Part shown: one piece after another, positions 1 through 12,453 of the stretch
Layout of the letters: each line of letters begins with the position of its first letter
Position numbering within the stretch: the stretch's first letter is position 1
Assembly (NCBI GenBank): GCA_040954595.2
Contig: CM082579.2
Location: forward strand, 12,959,834 to 13,023,833
From: Balanoglossus misakiensis
Taxonomy: Eukaryota; Animalia; Hemichordata
DNA: 64,000 nt
Reading direction: 5' to 3'
Made by a program: the position numbers and the translations under genes
Notes under the pieces: model-generated
What the model was told of the DNA's origin: nothing
The model's input: the letters and a program-made list of their open reading frames with translations, nothing else
The model's database searches: none

Positions 1-1652
1 ATGTCGACGCCACGGGAATTGTGTGTCTCCAGATCTGTGCCTGCATTTGAAGCGTGAACCTGACACGGACCGCTTAGTAATTCTCGCAGGATTCACGAAC
101 TTAATAATTTTAGGCAAGCGGTAAAATAATTGAAAACAGTGGAATTCATTGGACAAAAGTTTTAGTGCTTTGGAAGTTGTTTCGCATTTTAGCCTGTATG
201 TTTATGCGATGAAACAAACTCAAAATTTTGTTTTCCGTCGCAGTACGCTGGTGTGAAGTTCACGTAACACCGATCTCACGCGGAACTCCTACCACCTAGT
301 GATTCCCGCGGGATTTTTCCCCTTTTAATTTTGGCATGTGTCAGTATACGTATTTTTTAAAATAATAAATCAGTTCAGTACAATATCATGAAATGAAAAA
401 AATGGAAACCATGCAATTCTTTGCACGAAAGAAAGAAACCAACATTGCAAGATCACTTAAAAAAACTTGGACGGCGGCCGATACATTGAAATTCGACGCC
501 TTCCGTTTCAGTTGTTATCACGTGGCAAAGCACGTAGCAAATCCAACTGTGTACGGTTAACTGCGTCCAATTTTCCCCGAAACAACGTCCAGCTTTTCTG
601 TCGCGATGCATCAATGAATCGACGCAGTGTTTAGCTTGCACGTGGCCGCGTGTTTATCCTGAGCTTTGGACAAACTTTCCAACCCTGATACATGTACCGG
701 TAGTCACAGATGGACTGTCATAGAGCGTATAACAAAATCACGATTGATCTACCGGTATAATAATCGGACAATTTTGTGCATTCAATAAAAACATTTTGGT
801 GACGTGATTTGCACTTACGCCACGATGATGTCCGATCTACCCTTCGCAGCAAATAGATCGCTCGGGATCAAAAAAGGCGACGCGGCGTATAGAGGCCGAT
901 TGGGTATGGATTGGCAATGCCAGGGAAAATGATCCCCTATTAATATCGAATCAATGATTTGCGCCGTAACTTTCGGCAAGAAAAGTTACCAAATTTTACG
1001 CAGACGTGCAGAATTAATTACAAAATACAGCGACATATATCAAGCCTTTGCTCCATTCGCTTCTGTTTCGAAAGTTATTCCCTTGATCACTGAGTGACCG
1101 TAGTGGTGCTGACCTCATGCTCATATACGGTATATCCGTACAAAGGGTGTTAGCAGGGAACGTTTCAATTATGAACGTTATGTACAAATTCTAAAATAGC
1201 TTTGTACAGTGAAAGCAATGACCGTCGAAAATTTCAAAATTAATGGACACGCAAGTCGAGATGAGAGTAATGAATACTTTATTGTGTTACCATGTTGCAA
1301 ATAACGGATTTCGGACGCCGTATTATCTTAAATAATGACACATGATACGGATGAAATTAGGCGAGAGAACACCCAAAGTACTGCAAGGTTCGATAATGGT
1401 TACTGGGTGATAGACGGTTCCTACCAGCACGTATAACGCATTTCCATTCTTGGTCGTATGAGGGCGCAATCAAATACAAGAACGGGATTTTTGCGGGATT
1501 TACTCCCGCGGGAAAATTATCCAGGAAGTTCGGATTTACGGCGTGTTTCACGCGTGTTATATAACACGTCCGCGCGCGAATACTCTCCCGATACCGCAGT
1601 AAACACGAGGGATTTTTGCGGACAGTGGTCCCATTACTTTTGTCCGGTAGGG
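1..1652. mobile_element. Probable right part of a non-autonomous EnSpm/CACTA-like DNA transposon (left end outside the window)
   Basis: Ends ...TGTCCGGTAGGG (reverse complement CCCTACCGG, a CACTA-like terminus) directly before the TA that starts the satellite. Short (C)GCGGGA/CGGGAT motifs cluster at 10-320 and 1480-1625, like subterminal repeats. The left TIR is not visible. Confidence 0.4.
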
Positions 1653-4600
1653 TAAGCTTTCAGCCTACCAATGTAGCTATTGTATTTTCCACTTTTTGTA
1701 AGTGAAGCCTGACTGTCGCCTGTCTTAGGACACCACTTCATAAGCGGTGTTACCCGTCATTGGCACAAACAGTCTCAGGAAGTAAGCTTTCAGCCTACCA
1801 ATGTAGCTATTGTATTTTCCACTTTTTGTAAGTGAAGCCTGACTGTCGCCTGTCTTAGGTCACCACTTCATAAGCGGTCTTAACCGTCATTGGCACAAAC
1901 AGTCTCAGGAAGTAAGCTTTCAGCCAACCAATGTAGCTATTGTATTTTCCACTTTTTGTAAGTGAAGCCTGACTGTCGCCTGTCTTAGGTCACCACTTCA
2001 TAAGCGGTCTTACCCGTCATTGGCACAAACAGTCTCAGGAAGTAAGCTTTCAGCCTACCAATGTAGCTATTGTATTTTCCACTTTTTGTAAGTGAAGCCT
2101 GACTGTCGCCTGTCTTAGGTCACCACTTCATAGGCGGTCTTACCCGTCATTGGCACAAACAGTCTCAGGAAGTAAGCTTTAAGCCTACCAATGTAGCTAT
2201 TGTATTTTCCACTTTTTGTAAGTGAAGCCTGACTGTCGCCTGTCTTAGGTCACCACTTCATAAGCGGTCTTACCCGTCATTGGCACAAACAGTCTCAGGA
2301 AGTAAGCTTTCAGCCTACCAATGTAGCTATTGTATTTTTCACTTTTTGTAAGTGAAGCCTGACTGTCGCCTGTCTTAGGTCACCACTTCATAAGCGGTCT
2401 TACCCGTCATTGGCACAAACAGTCTCAGGAAGTAAGCTTTCAGCCTACCAATGTAGCTATTGTATTTTCCACATTTTGTAAGTGAAGCCTGACTGTCGCC
2501 TGTCTTAGGTCACCACTTCATAAGCGGTCTTACCCGTCATTGGCACAAACAGTTTCAGGAAGTAAGCTTTCAGCCTACCAATGTAGCTATTGTATTTTCC
2601 ACTTTTTGTAAGTGAAGCCTGACTGTCGCCTGTCGCAGGTCACCACTTCATAAGCGGTCTTACCCGTCATTGGCACAAACAGTCTCAGGAAGTAAGCTTT
2701 CAGCCTACCAATGTAGCTATTATACCTACCAATGTAGCTATTGTATTTTCCACTTTTTGTAAGTGAAGCCTGACTGTTGCCTGTCTTAGGTCACCACTTC
2801 ACAAGCGGTCTTACCCCTCATTGGCACAAACAGTCTCAGGAAGTACGCTTTCAGCCTACCAATGTAGCTATTATATTTTCCACTTTTTGTAAGTGAAGCC
2901 TGACTGTCGCCTGTCTTAGGTCACCACTTCATAAGCGGTCTTACCCGTCATTGGCACAAACAGTCTCAGGAAGTAAGCTTTCAGCCTACCAATGTAGCTA
3001 TTGTATTTTCCACTTTTTGTAAGTGAAGCCTGACTGTCGCCTGTCTTAGGTCACCACTTCATAAGCGGTCTTACCCGTCATTGGCACAAACAGTTTCAGG
3101 AAGTAAGCTTTCAGCCTACCAATGTAGCTATTGTATTTTCCACTTTTTGTAAGTGAAGCCTGACTGTCGCCTGTCTTAGGTCACCACTTCATAAGCGGTC
3201 TTACCCATCATTGGCACAAACAGTCTCAGGAAGTAAGCTTTAAGCCTACCAATGTAGCTATTGTATTTTCCACTTTTTGTAAGTGAAGCCTGACTGTCGC
3301 CTGTCTTAGGTCACCACTTCATAAGCGGTCTTACCCGTCATTGGCACAAACAGTTTCAGGAAGTAAGCTTTCAGCCTACCAATGTAGCTATTGTATTTTC
3401 CACTTTTTGTAAGTGAAGCCTGACTGTCGCCTGTCTTAGGTCACCACTTCATAAGCGGTCTTACCCGTCATTGGCACAAACAGTCTCAGGAAGTAAGCTT
3501 TCAGCCTACCAATGTAGCTATTGTATTTTCCACTTTTTGTAAGTGAAGCCTGACTGTCGCCTGTCTTAGGTCACCACTTCATAAGCGGTCTTACCCGTCA
3601 TTGGCACAAACAGTCTCAGGAAGTAAGCTTTCAGCCTACCAATGTAGCTATTGTATTTTCCACTTTTTGTAAGTGAAGCCTGACTGTCGCCTGTCTTAGG
3701 TCACCACTTCATAAGCGGTCTTACCCGTCATTGGCACAAACAGTCTCAGGAAGTAAGCTTTCAGCCTACCAATGTAGCTATTGTATTTTCCACTTTTTGT
3801 AAGTGAAGCCTGACTGTCGCCTGTCTTAGGTCACCACTTCACAAGCGGTCTTACCCCTCATTGGCACAAACAGTCTCAGGAAGTAAGCTTTAAGCCTACC
3901 AATGTAGCTATTGTATTTTCCACTTTTTGTAAGTGAAGCCTGACTGTCGCCTGTCTTAGGTCACCACTTCATAAGCGGTCTTACCCGTCATTGGCACAAA
4001 CAGTCTCAGGAAGTAAGCTTTAAGCCTACCAATGTAGCTATTGTATTTTCCACTTTTTGTAAGTGAAGCCTGACTGTCGCCTGTCTTAGGTCACCACTTC
4101 ATAAGCGGTCTTACCCGTCATTGGCACAAACAGTTTCAGGAAGTAAGCTTTCAGCCTACCAATGTAGCTATTGTATTTTCCACTTTTTGTAAGTGAAGCC
4201 TGACTGTCGCCTGTCTTAGGTCACCACTTCATAAGCGGTCTTACCCGTCATTGGCACAAACAGTCTCAGGAAGTAAGCTTTCAGCCTACCAATGTAGCTA
4301 TTGTATTTTCCACTTTTTGTAAGTGAAGCCTGACTGTCGCCTGTCTTAGGTCACCACTTCATAAGCGGTCTTACCCGTCATTGGCACAAACAGTCTCAGG
4401 AAGTAAGCTTTCAGCCTACCAATGTAGCTATTGTATTTTCCACTTTTTGTAAGTGAAGCCTGACTGTCGCCTGTCTTAGGTCACCACTTCATAAGCGGTC
4501 TTACCCGTCATTGGCACAAACAGTCTTAGGAAGTAAGCTTTCAGCCTACCAATGTAGCTATTGTATTTTCCACTTTTTGTAAGTGAAGCCTGACTGTCGC

Positions 4601-7600
4601 CTGTCTTAGGTCACCACTTCATAAGCGGTCTTACCCGTCATTGGCACAAACAGTCTCAGGAAGTAAGCTTTCAGCCTACCAATGTAGCTATTGTATTTTC
4701 CACTTTTTGTAAGTGAAGCCTGACTGTCGCCTGTCTTAGGTCACCACTTCATAAGCGGTCTTACCCGTCATTGGCACAGTCTCAGGAAGTAAGCTTTCAG
4801 CCTACCAATGTAGCTATTATATTTTCCACTTTTTGTAAGTGAAGCCTGACTGTCGCCTGTCTTAGGTCACCACTTCATAAGCGGTCTTACCCGTCATTGG
4901 CACAAACAGTCTCAGGAAGTAAGCTTTCAGCCTACCAATGTAGCTATTGTATTTTCCACTTTTTGTAAGTGAAGCCTGACTGTCGCCTGTCTTAGGACAC
5001 CACTTCATAAGCGGTCTTACCCGTCATTGGCACAAACAGTCTCAGGAAGTAAGCTTTCAGCCTACCAATGTAGCTATTGTATTTTCCACTTTTTGTAAGT
5101 GAAGCCTGACTGTCGCCTGTCTTAGGTCACCACTTCATAAGCGGTCTTAACCGTCATTGGCACAAACAGTCTCAGGAAGTAAGCTTTCAGCCTACCAATG
5201 TAGCTATTGTATTTTCCACTTTTTGTAAGTGAAGCCTGACTGTCGCCTGTCTTAGGTCACCACTTCATAAGCGGTCTTACCCGTCATTGGCACAAACAGT
5301 CTCAGGAAGTAAGCTTTCAGCCTACCAATGTAGCTATTGTATTTTCCACTTTTTGTAAGTGAAGCCTGACTGTCGCCTGTCTTAGGTCACCACTTCATAG
5401 GCGGTCTTACCCGTCATTGGCACAAACAGTCTCAGGAAGTAAGCTTTAAGCCTACCAATGTAGCTATTGTATTTTCCACTTTTTGTAAGTGAAGCCTGAC
5501 TGTCGCCTGTCTTAGGTCACCACTTCATAAGCGGTCTTACCCGTCATTGGCACAAACAGTCTCAGGAAGTAAGCTTTCAGCCTACCAATGTAGCTATTGT
5601 ATTTTCCACTTTTTGTAAGTGAAGCCTGACTGTCGCCTGTCTTAGGTCACCACTTCATAAGCGGTCTTACCCGTCATTGGCACAAACAGTCTCAGGAAGT
5701 AAGCTTTCAGCCTACCAATGTAGCTATTGTATTTTCCACTTTTTGTAAGTGAAGCCTGATTGTCGCCTGTCTTAGGTCACCACTTCATAAGCGGTCTTAC
5801 CCGTCATTGGCACAAACAGTTTCAGGAAGTAAGCTTTCAGCCTACCAATGTAGCTATTGTATTTTCCACTTTTTGTAAGTGAAGCCTGACTGTCGCCTGT
5901 CGCAGGTCACCACTTCATAAGCGGTCTTACCCGTCATTGGCACAAACAGTCTCAGGAAGTAAGCTTTCAGCCTACCAATGTAGCTATTATACCTACCAAT
6001 GTAGCTATTGTATTTTCCACTTTTTGTAAGTGAAGCCTGACTGTTGCCTGTCTTAGGTCACCACTTCACAAGCGGTCTTACCCCTCATTGGCACAAACAG
6101 TCTCAGGAAGTACGCTTTCAGCCTACCAATGTAGCTATTATATTTTCCACTTTTTGTAAGTGAAGCCTGACTGTCGCCTGTCTTAGGTCACCACTTCATA
6201 AGCGGTCTTACCCGTCATTGGCACAAACAGTCTCAGGAAGTAAGCTTTCAGCCTACCAATGTAGCTATTGTATTTTCCACTTTTTGTAAGTGAAGCCTGA
6301 CTGTCGCCTGTCTTAGGTCACCACTTCATAAGCGGTCTTACCCGTCATTGGCACAAACAGTTTCAGGAAGTAAGCTTTCAGCCTACCAATGTAGCTATTG
6401 TATTTTCCACTTTTTGTAAGTGAAGCCTGACTGTCGCCTGTCTTAGGTCACCACTTCATAAGCGGTCTTACCCATCATTGGCACAAACAGTCTCAGGAAG
6501 TAAGCTTTAAGCCTACCAATGTAGCTATTGTATTTTCCACTTTTTGTAAGTGAAGCCTGACTGTCGCCTGTCTTAGGTCACCACTTCATAAGCGGTCTTA
6601 CCCGTCATTGGCACAAACAGTCTCAGGAAGTAAGCTTTCAGCCTACCAATGTAGCTATTGTATTTTCCACTTTTTGTAAGTGAAGCCTGACTGTCGCCTG
6701 TCTTAGGTCACCACTTCATAAGCGGTCTTACCCGTCATTGGCACAAACAGTCTCAGGAAGTAAGCTTTCAGCCTACCAATGTAGCTATTGTATTTTCCAC
6801 TTTTTGTAAGTGAAGCCTGACTGTCGCCTGTCTTAGGTCACCACTTCATAAGCGGTCTTACCCGTCATTGGCACAAACAGTCTCAGGAAGTAAGCTTTCA
6901 GCCTACCAATGTAGCTATTGTAGTTTCCACTTTTTGTAAGTGAAGCCTGACTGTCGCCTGTCTTAGGTCACCACTTCACAAGCGGTCTTACCCCTCATTG
7001 GCACAAACAGTCTCAGGAAGTAAGCTTTAAGCCTACCAATGTAGCTATTGTATTTTCCACTTTTTGTAAGTGAAGCCTGACTGTCGCCTGTCTTAGGTCA
7101 CCACTTCATAAGCGGTCTTACCCGTCATTGGCACAAACAGTCTCAGGAAGTAAGCTTTAAGCCTACCAATGTAGCTATTGTATTTTCCACTTTTTGTAAG
7201 TGAAGCCTGACTGTCGCCTGTCTTAGGTCACCACTTCATAAGCGGTCTTACCCGTCATTGGCACAAACAGTTTCAGGAAGTAAGCTTTCAGCCTACCAAT
7301 GTAGCTATTGTATTTTCCACTTTTTGTAAGTGAAGCCTGACTGTCGCCTGTCTTAGGTCACCACTTCATAAGCGGTCTTACCCGTCATTGGCACAAACAG
7401 TCTCAGGAAGTAAGCTTTCAGCCTACCAATGTAGCTATTGTATTTTCCACTTTTTGTAAGTGAAGCCTGACTGTCGCCTGTCTTAGGTCACCACTTCATA
7501 AGCGGTCTTACCCGTCATTGGCACAAACAGTCTCAGGAAGTAAGCTTTCAGCCTACCAATGTAGCTATTGTATTTTCCACTTTTTGTAAGTGAAGCCTGA

Positions 7601-10574
7601 CTGTCGCCTGTCTTAGGTCACCACTTCATAAGCGGTCTTACCCGTCATTGGCACAAACAGTCTTAGGAAGTAAGCTTTCAGCCTACCAATGTAGCTATTG
7701 TATTTTCCACTTTTTGTAAGTGAAGCCTGACTGTCGCCTGTCTTAGGTCACCACTTCATAAGCGGTCTTACCCGTCATTGGCACAAACAGTCTCAGGAAG
7801 TAAGCTTTCAGCCTACCAATGTAGCTATTGTATTTTCCACTTTTTGTAAGTGAAGCCTGACTGTCGCCTGTCTTAGGTCACCACTTCATAAGCGGTCTTA
7901 CCCGTCATTGGCACAGTCTCAGGAAGTAAGCTTTCAGCCTACCAATGTAGCTATTATATTTTCCACTTTTTGTAAGTGAAGCCTGACTGTCGCCTGTCTT
8001 AGGTCACCACTTCATAAGCGGTCTTACCCGTCATTGGCACAAACAGTCTCAGGAAGTAAGCTTTCAGCCTACCAATGTAGCTATTGTATTTTCCACTTTT
8101 TGTAAGTGAAGCCTGACTGTCGCCTGTCTTAGGACACCACTTCATAAGCGGTCTTACCCGTCATTGGCACAAACAGTCTCAGGAAGTAAGCTTTAAGCCT
8201 ACCAATGTAGCTATTGTATTTTCCACTTTTTGTAAGTGAAGCCTGACTGTCGCCTGTCTTAGGTCACCACTTCATAAGCGGTCTTAACCGTCATTGGCAC
8301 AAACAGTCTCAGGAAGTAAGCTTTCAGCCTACCAATGTAGCTATTGTATTTTCCACTTTTTGTAAGTGAAGCCTGACTGTCGCCTGTCTTAGGTCACCAC
8401 TTCATAAGCGGTCTTACCCGTCATTGGCACAAACAGTCTCAGGAAGTAAGCTTTCAGCCTACCAATGTAGCTATTGTATTTTCCACTTTTTGTAAGTGAA
8501 GCCTGACTGTCGCCTGTCTTAGGTCACCACTTCATAGGCGGTCTTACCCGTCATTGGCACAAACAGTCTCAGGAAGTAAGCTTTAAGCCTACCAATGTAG
8601 CTATTGTATTTTCCACTTTTTGTAAGTGAAGCCTGACTGTCGCCTGTCTTAGGTCACCACTTCATAAGCGGTCTTACCCGTCATTGGCACAAACAGTCTC
8701 AGGAAGTAAGCTTTCAGCCTACCAATGTAGCTATTGTATTTTCCACTTTTTGTAAGTGAAGCCTGACTGTCGCCTGTCTTAGGTCACCACTTCATAAGCG
8801 GTCTTACCCGTCATTGGCACAAACAGTCTCAGGAAGTAAGCTTTCAGCCTACCAATGTAGCTATTGTATTTTCCACTTTTTGTAAGTGAAGCCTGACTGT
8901 CGCCTGTCTTAGGTCACCACTACATAAGCGGTCTTACCCGTCATTGGCACAAACAGTTTCAGGAAGTAAGCTTTCAGCCTACCAATGTAGCTATTGTATT
9001 TTCCACTTTTTGTAAGTGAAGCCTGACTGTCGCCTGTCGCAGGTCACCACTTCATAAGCGGTCTTACCCGTCATTGGCACAAACAGTCTCAGGAAGTAAG
9101 CTTTCAGCCTACCAATGTAGCTATTATACCTACCAATGTAGCTATTGTATTTTCCACTTTTTGTAAGTGAAGCCTGACTGTTGCCTGTCTTAGGTCACCA
9201 CTTCACAAGCGGTCTTACCCCTCATTGGCACAAACAGTCTCAGGAAGTACGCTTTCAGCCTACCAATGTAGCTATTATATTTTCCACTTTTTGTAAGTGA
9301 AGCCTGACTGTCGCCTGTCTTAGGTCACCACTTCATAAGCGGTCTTACCCGTCATTGGCACAAACAGTCTCAGGAAGTAAGCTTTCAGCCTACCAATGTA
9401 GCTATTGTATTTTCCACTTTTTGTAAGTGAAGCCTGACTGTCGCCTGTCTTAGGTCACCACTTCATAAGCGGTCTTACCCGTCATTGGCACAAACAGTTT
9501 CAGGAAGTAAGCTTTCAGCCTACCAATGTAGCTATTGTATTTTCCACTTTTTGTAAGTGAAGCCTGACTGTCGCCTGTCTTAGGTCACCACTTCATAAGC
9601 GGTCTTACCCATCATTGGCACAAACAGTCTCAGGAAGTAAGCTTTAAGCCTACCAATGTAGCTATTGTATTTTCCACTTTTTGTAAGTGAAGCCTGACTG
9701 TCGCCTGTCTTAGGTCACCACTTCATAAGCGGTCTTACCCGTCATTGGCACAAACAGTTTCAGGAAGTAAGCTTTCAGCCTACCAATGTAGCTATTGTAT
9801 TTTCCACTTTTTGTAAGTGAAGCCTGACTGTCGCCTGTCTTAGGTCACCACTTCATAAGCGGTCTTACCCGTCATTGGCACAAACAGTCTCAGGAAGTAA
9901 GCTTTCAGCCTACCAATGTAGCTATTGTATTTTCCACTTTTTGTAAGTGAAGCCTGACTGTCGCCTGTCTTAGGTCACCACTTCATAAGCGGTCTTACCC
10001 GTCATTGGCACAAACAGTCTCAGGAAGTAAGCTTTCAGCCTACCAATGTAGCTATTGTATTTTCCACTTTTTGTAAGTGAAGCCTGACTGTCGCCTGTCT
10101 TAGGTCACCACTTCATAAGCGGTCTTACCCGTCATTGGCACAAACAGTCTCAGGAAGTAAGCTTTCAGCCTACCAATGTAGCTATTGTATTTTCCACTTT
10201 TTGTAAGTGAAGCCTGACTGTCGCCTGTCTTAGGTCACCACTTCATAAGCGGTCTTACCCGTCATTGGCACAAACAGTCTCAGGAAGTAAGCTTTCAGCC
10301 TACCTATGTAGCTATTGTATTTTCCACTTTTTGTAAGTGAAGCCTGACTGTCGCCTGTCTTAGGTCACCACTTCATAAGCGGTCTTACCCGTCATTGGCA
10401 CAAACAGTCTCAGGAAGTAAGCTTTCAGCCTACCTATGTAGCTATTGTATTTTCCACTTTTTGTAAGTGAAGCCTGACTGTCGCCTGTCTTAGGTCACCA
10501 CTTCATAAGCGGTCTTACCCGTCATTGGCACAAACAGTTTCAGGAAGTAAGCTTTCAGCCTACCAATGTAGCTA
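1653..10574. repeat. Tandem satellite, 130-bp monomer, about 68 copies, highly homogeneous, with higher-order repeat structure
   Basis: Monomer TAAGCTTTCAGCCTACCAATGTAGCTATTGTATTTTCCACTTTTTGTAAGTGAAGCCTGACTGTCGCCTGTCTTAGGTCACCACTTCATAAGCGGTCTTACCCGTCATTGGCACAAACAGTCTCAGGAAG recurs every 130 bp (e.g. 1681, 1811). A 15-bp remnant continues at 11376-11390 after the MITE. Confidence 0.98.
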
Positions 10575-11375
10575 CAGTCGAACCTCGGTATAACGAAATC
10601 GCTTACAACGAAAATCCGCTTACAGCGAAAAGGTCACAATGGTCCCGTCTTATCTCTATTCGTTTGTATATAAATGACATGCTTTACAACGAAGTCAATT
10701 ACAGCGAAAGTCTGCTTAAAACGAACTGATTTGTCTTGAGAACAATAGCATTTTCACACCTAGGAAAACACCAGACTTCGATCGTATCCAAGTAAAAATG
10801 CACAGGAAGTGAACCAGGTGATCGGGAAAACGCGTCTGGTTGTCTTGGCACACAGGCTAACACCACGTATTGTTTAAGCCGTGATAAGGCTTGATTAAAG
10901 GCTTCCGCCCAGCCATACTTACTGCCTTGTGATAAACACAGCTCGTTTGCTCTTCCTTTTATCAAAGGGGAATTTCAACGATTGCTATTATCGCCTAAAA
11001 ACTGTGAAAACCGGACAATAAACGTCGCTAGACGGACTTCACACACAAACACATTTACAGTGTGTGCCCTAATGTCGGAAGTTCTGGTGACGGGCTTTGA
11101 TCACGCAATGTTTTATCAACTCAATCACTCATAAAAAATGTGACATATAGGGACGCTAAAATTTTGAATAATAGCTGGTTGAATTTTGAAGGCAACTTCA
11201 GTTCGTAATTCACGTGCGAACGCGCGATGTGTTTACGTATGCTTGTACAGGTAAAATTTAGGACGCCATTTTGTTATTGGAAAGCGCCCCCAACCGACTG
11301 CGGTTATTGCGAAATACGGATACAACGAAGAGTTTATTGAGGTCCCGTGGTTTTCGTTATACCGAGGTTTGACTG
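10575..11375. mobile_element. pogo/Tigger-like (Tc1/mariner) MITE, 801 bp, inserted in the last satellite monomer
   Basis: TIR CAGTCGAACCTCGGTATAACGAAA / TTTCGTTATACCGAGGTTTGACTG (1 mismatch). TA duplicated at 10573-74 and 11376-77. Removing it restores the monomer variant GTAGCTATTATATTTTCCAC. Confidence 0.92.
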
Positions 11376-11387
11376 TATTATATTTTC

Positions 11388-11560
11388 CACGACACCGACC
11401 CATCATTATACCTTTTAACAACAGGTACAGCAAGAAGAGAAATGAACGAAACACAACAGCCAGAAATTATGGATTCGATGACAACAGCAGGATTTACATC
11501 AATGAAAACCGTACACAAAGAAGAAAATCGTTCGGACGTCCCATGGCGTTGCAGTGAAAC
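11388..11560 (+). pseudogene. Decayed non-LTR retrotransposon ORF1 C-terminal fragment
   Basis: Translation RHRPIIIPFNNR...NSRIYINENRTQRRK resembles the RPIIVxF...IYINExLT motif of LINE ORF1p (recognised by eye). Confidence 0.5.
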
Positions 11561-12453
11561 TGGGACATAAAGGTCCAAACAATGAGGCTGACCACATGGT
11601 TACGGCTCCAATTACGGCAACTGTGAAGTGTAGTGGAACTGCAGATGACTGACGTTTCCCAGGGCAACGGCGAACCAGGACCCTGGAGGGCGGAGCAGCG
11701 GGACCTGACTGACAGGAGCTGTACATAGCAGTTGTGAACATAGTATATGAAATACTTTAAAATAGTCATTGCTCTCTGAGTCCATCATTTTCAGTAGAAG
11801 TGACCTGATTTCACATCAATAGTTTACCAACCGTCATTTCCAGCTAATTTCATGTAGTACAAAACTCCTATACAACATAATGACATTTCTAGAACCTTTT
11901 TTTTCTGGTTGGGCCGACAGACTAACACTTGTGGTTCTAAAAAGAAACTTCCATAACAACCTGTACACTTGACGCGTTCAAGTCAAGGCAGACCTAACCC
12001 ATTCAAAATATGCAAATTAGGAAAAGACGCATACATGCATTCCTTGCATCCCCAGAGACACACACAGGAAATCAAGCGAGTGCGGCCACTAGCTGGAAGA
12101 CCTGAATTCAATGCATTGCCTTGCGATGTTCATGATACAGGGGGGTGATGATCAATGAACAGAACAGCGGTCCACTTTCACGAGTTGTAGTGCACTGATC
12201 GTGGCAAGTTGATCATGGCAAAACAAACGACTATGTTAGATAGCAGTGCTTCACAAGTTTGGCTAATTTGTATGAAAATCGTCTCGGCAAACACAACCTT
12301 TTTCTCGCATTTGCGATTTGGCGAGCGGGTAGCGAAAACACTGCTGGCTAATCCGTTCCGATTTCTGTCAATGTTCCAATTCTTCCTCAACACCTCAAAG
12401 CTGCACACCCCTACTAGAAAATGGTATGAATTCTTGACGGACGGAAGTAGTAG

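Noticed and set aside
1700-1785. Hammerhead ribozyme or SECIS/K-turn in the monomer
   Set aside because: CUGAGA lacks the CUGANGA spacing and no GAAA follows the stem. The AUGAC/AGAC loop lacks the correctly spaced AA and canonical K-turn geometry.
1653-10574. CRISPR array, 5S rDNA or SL-RNA array
   Set aside because: No unique spacers; the unit is 130 bp with no 5S A/C boxes; ACTTTTTG and the GTAAG motifs are too weak to call an SL gene.
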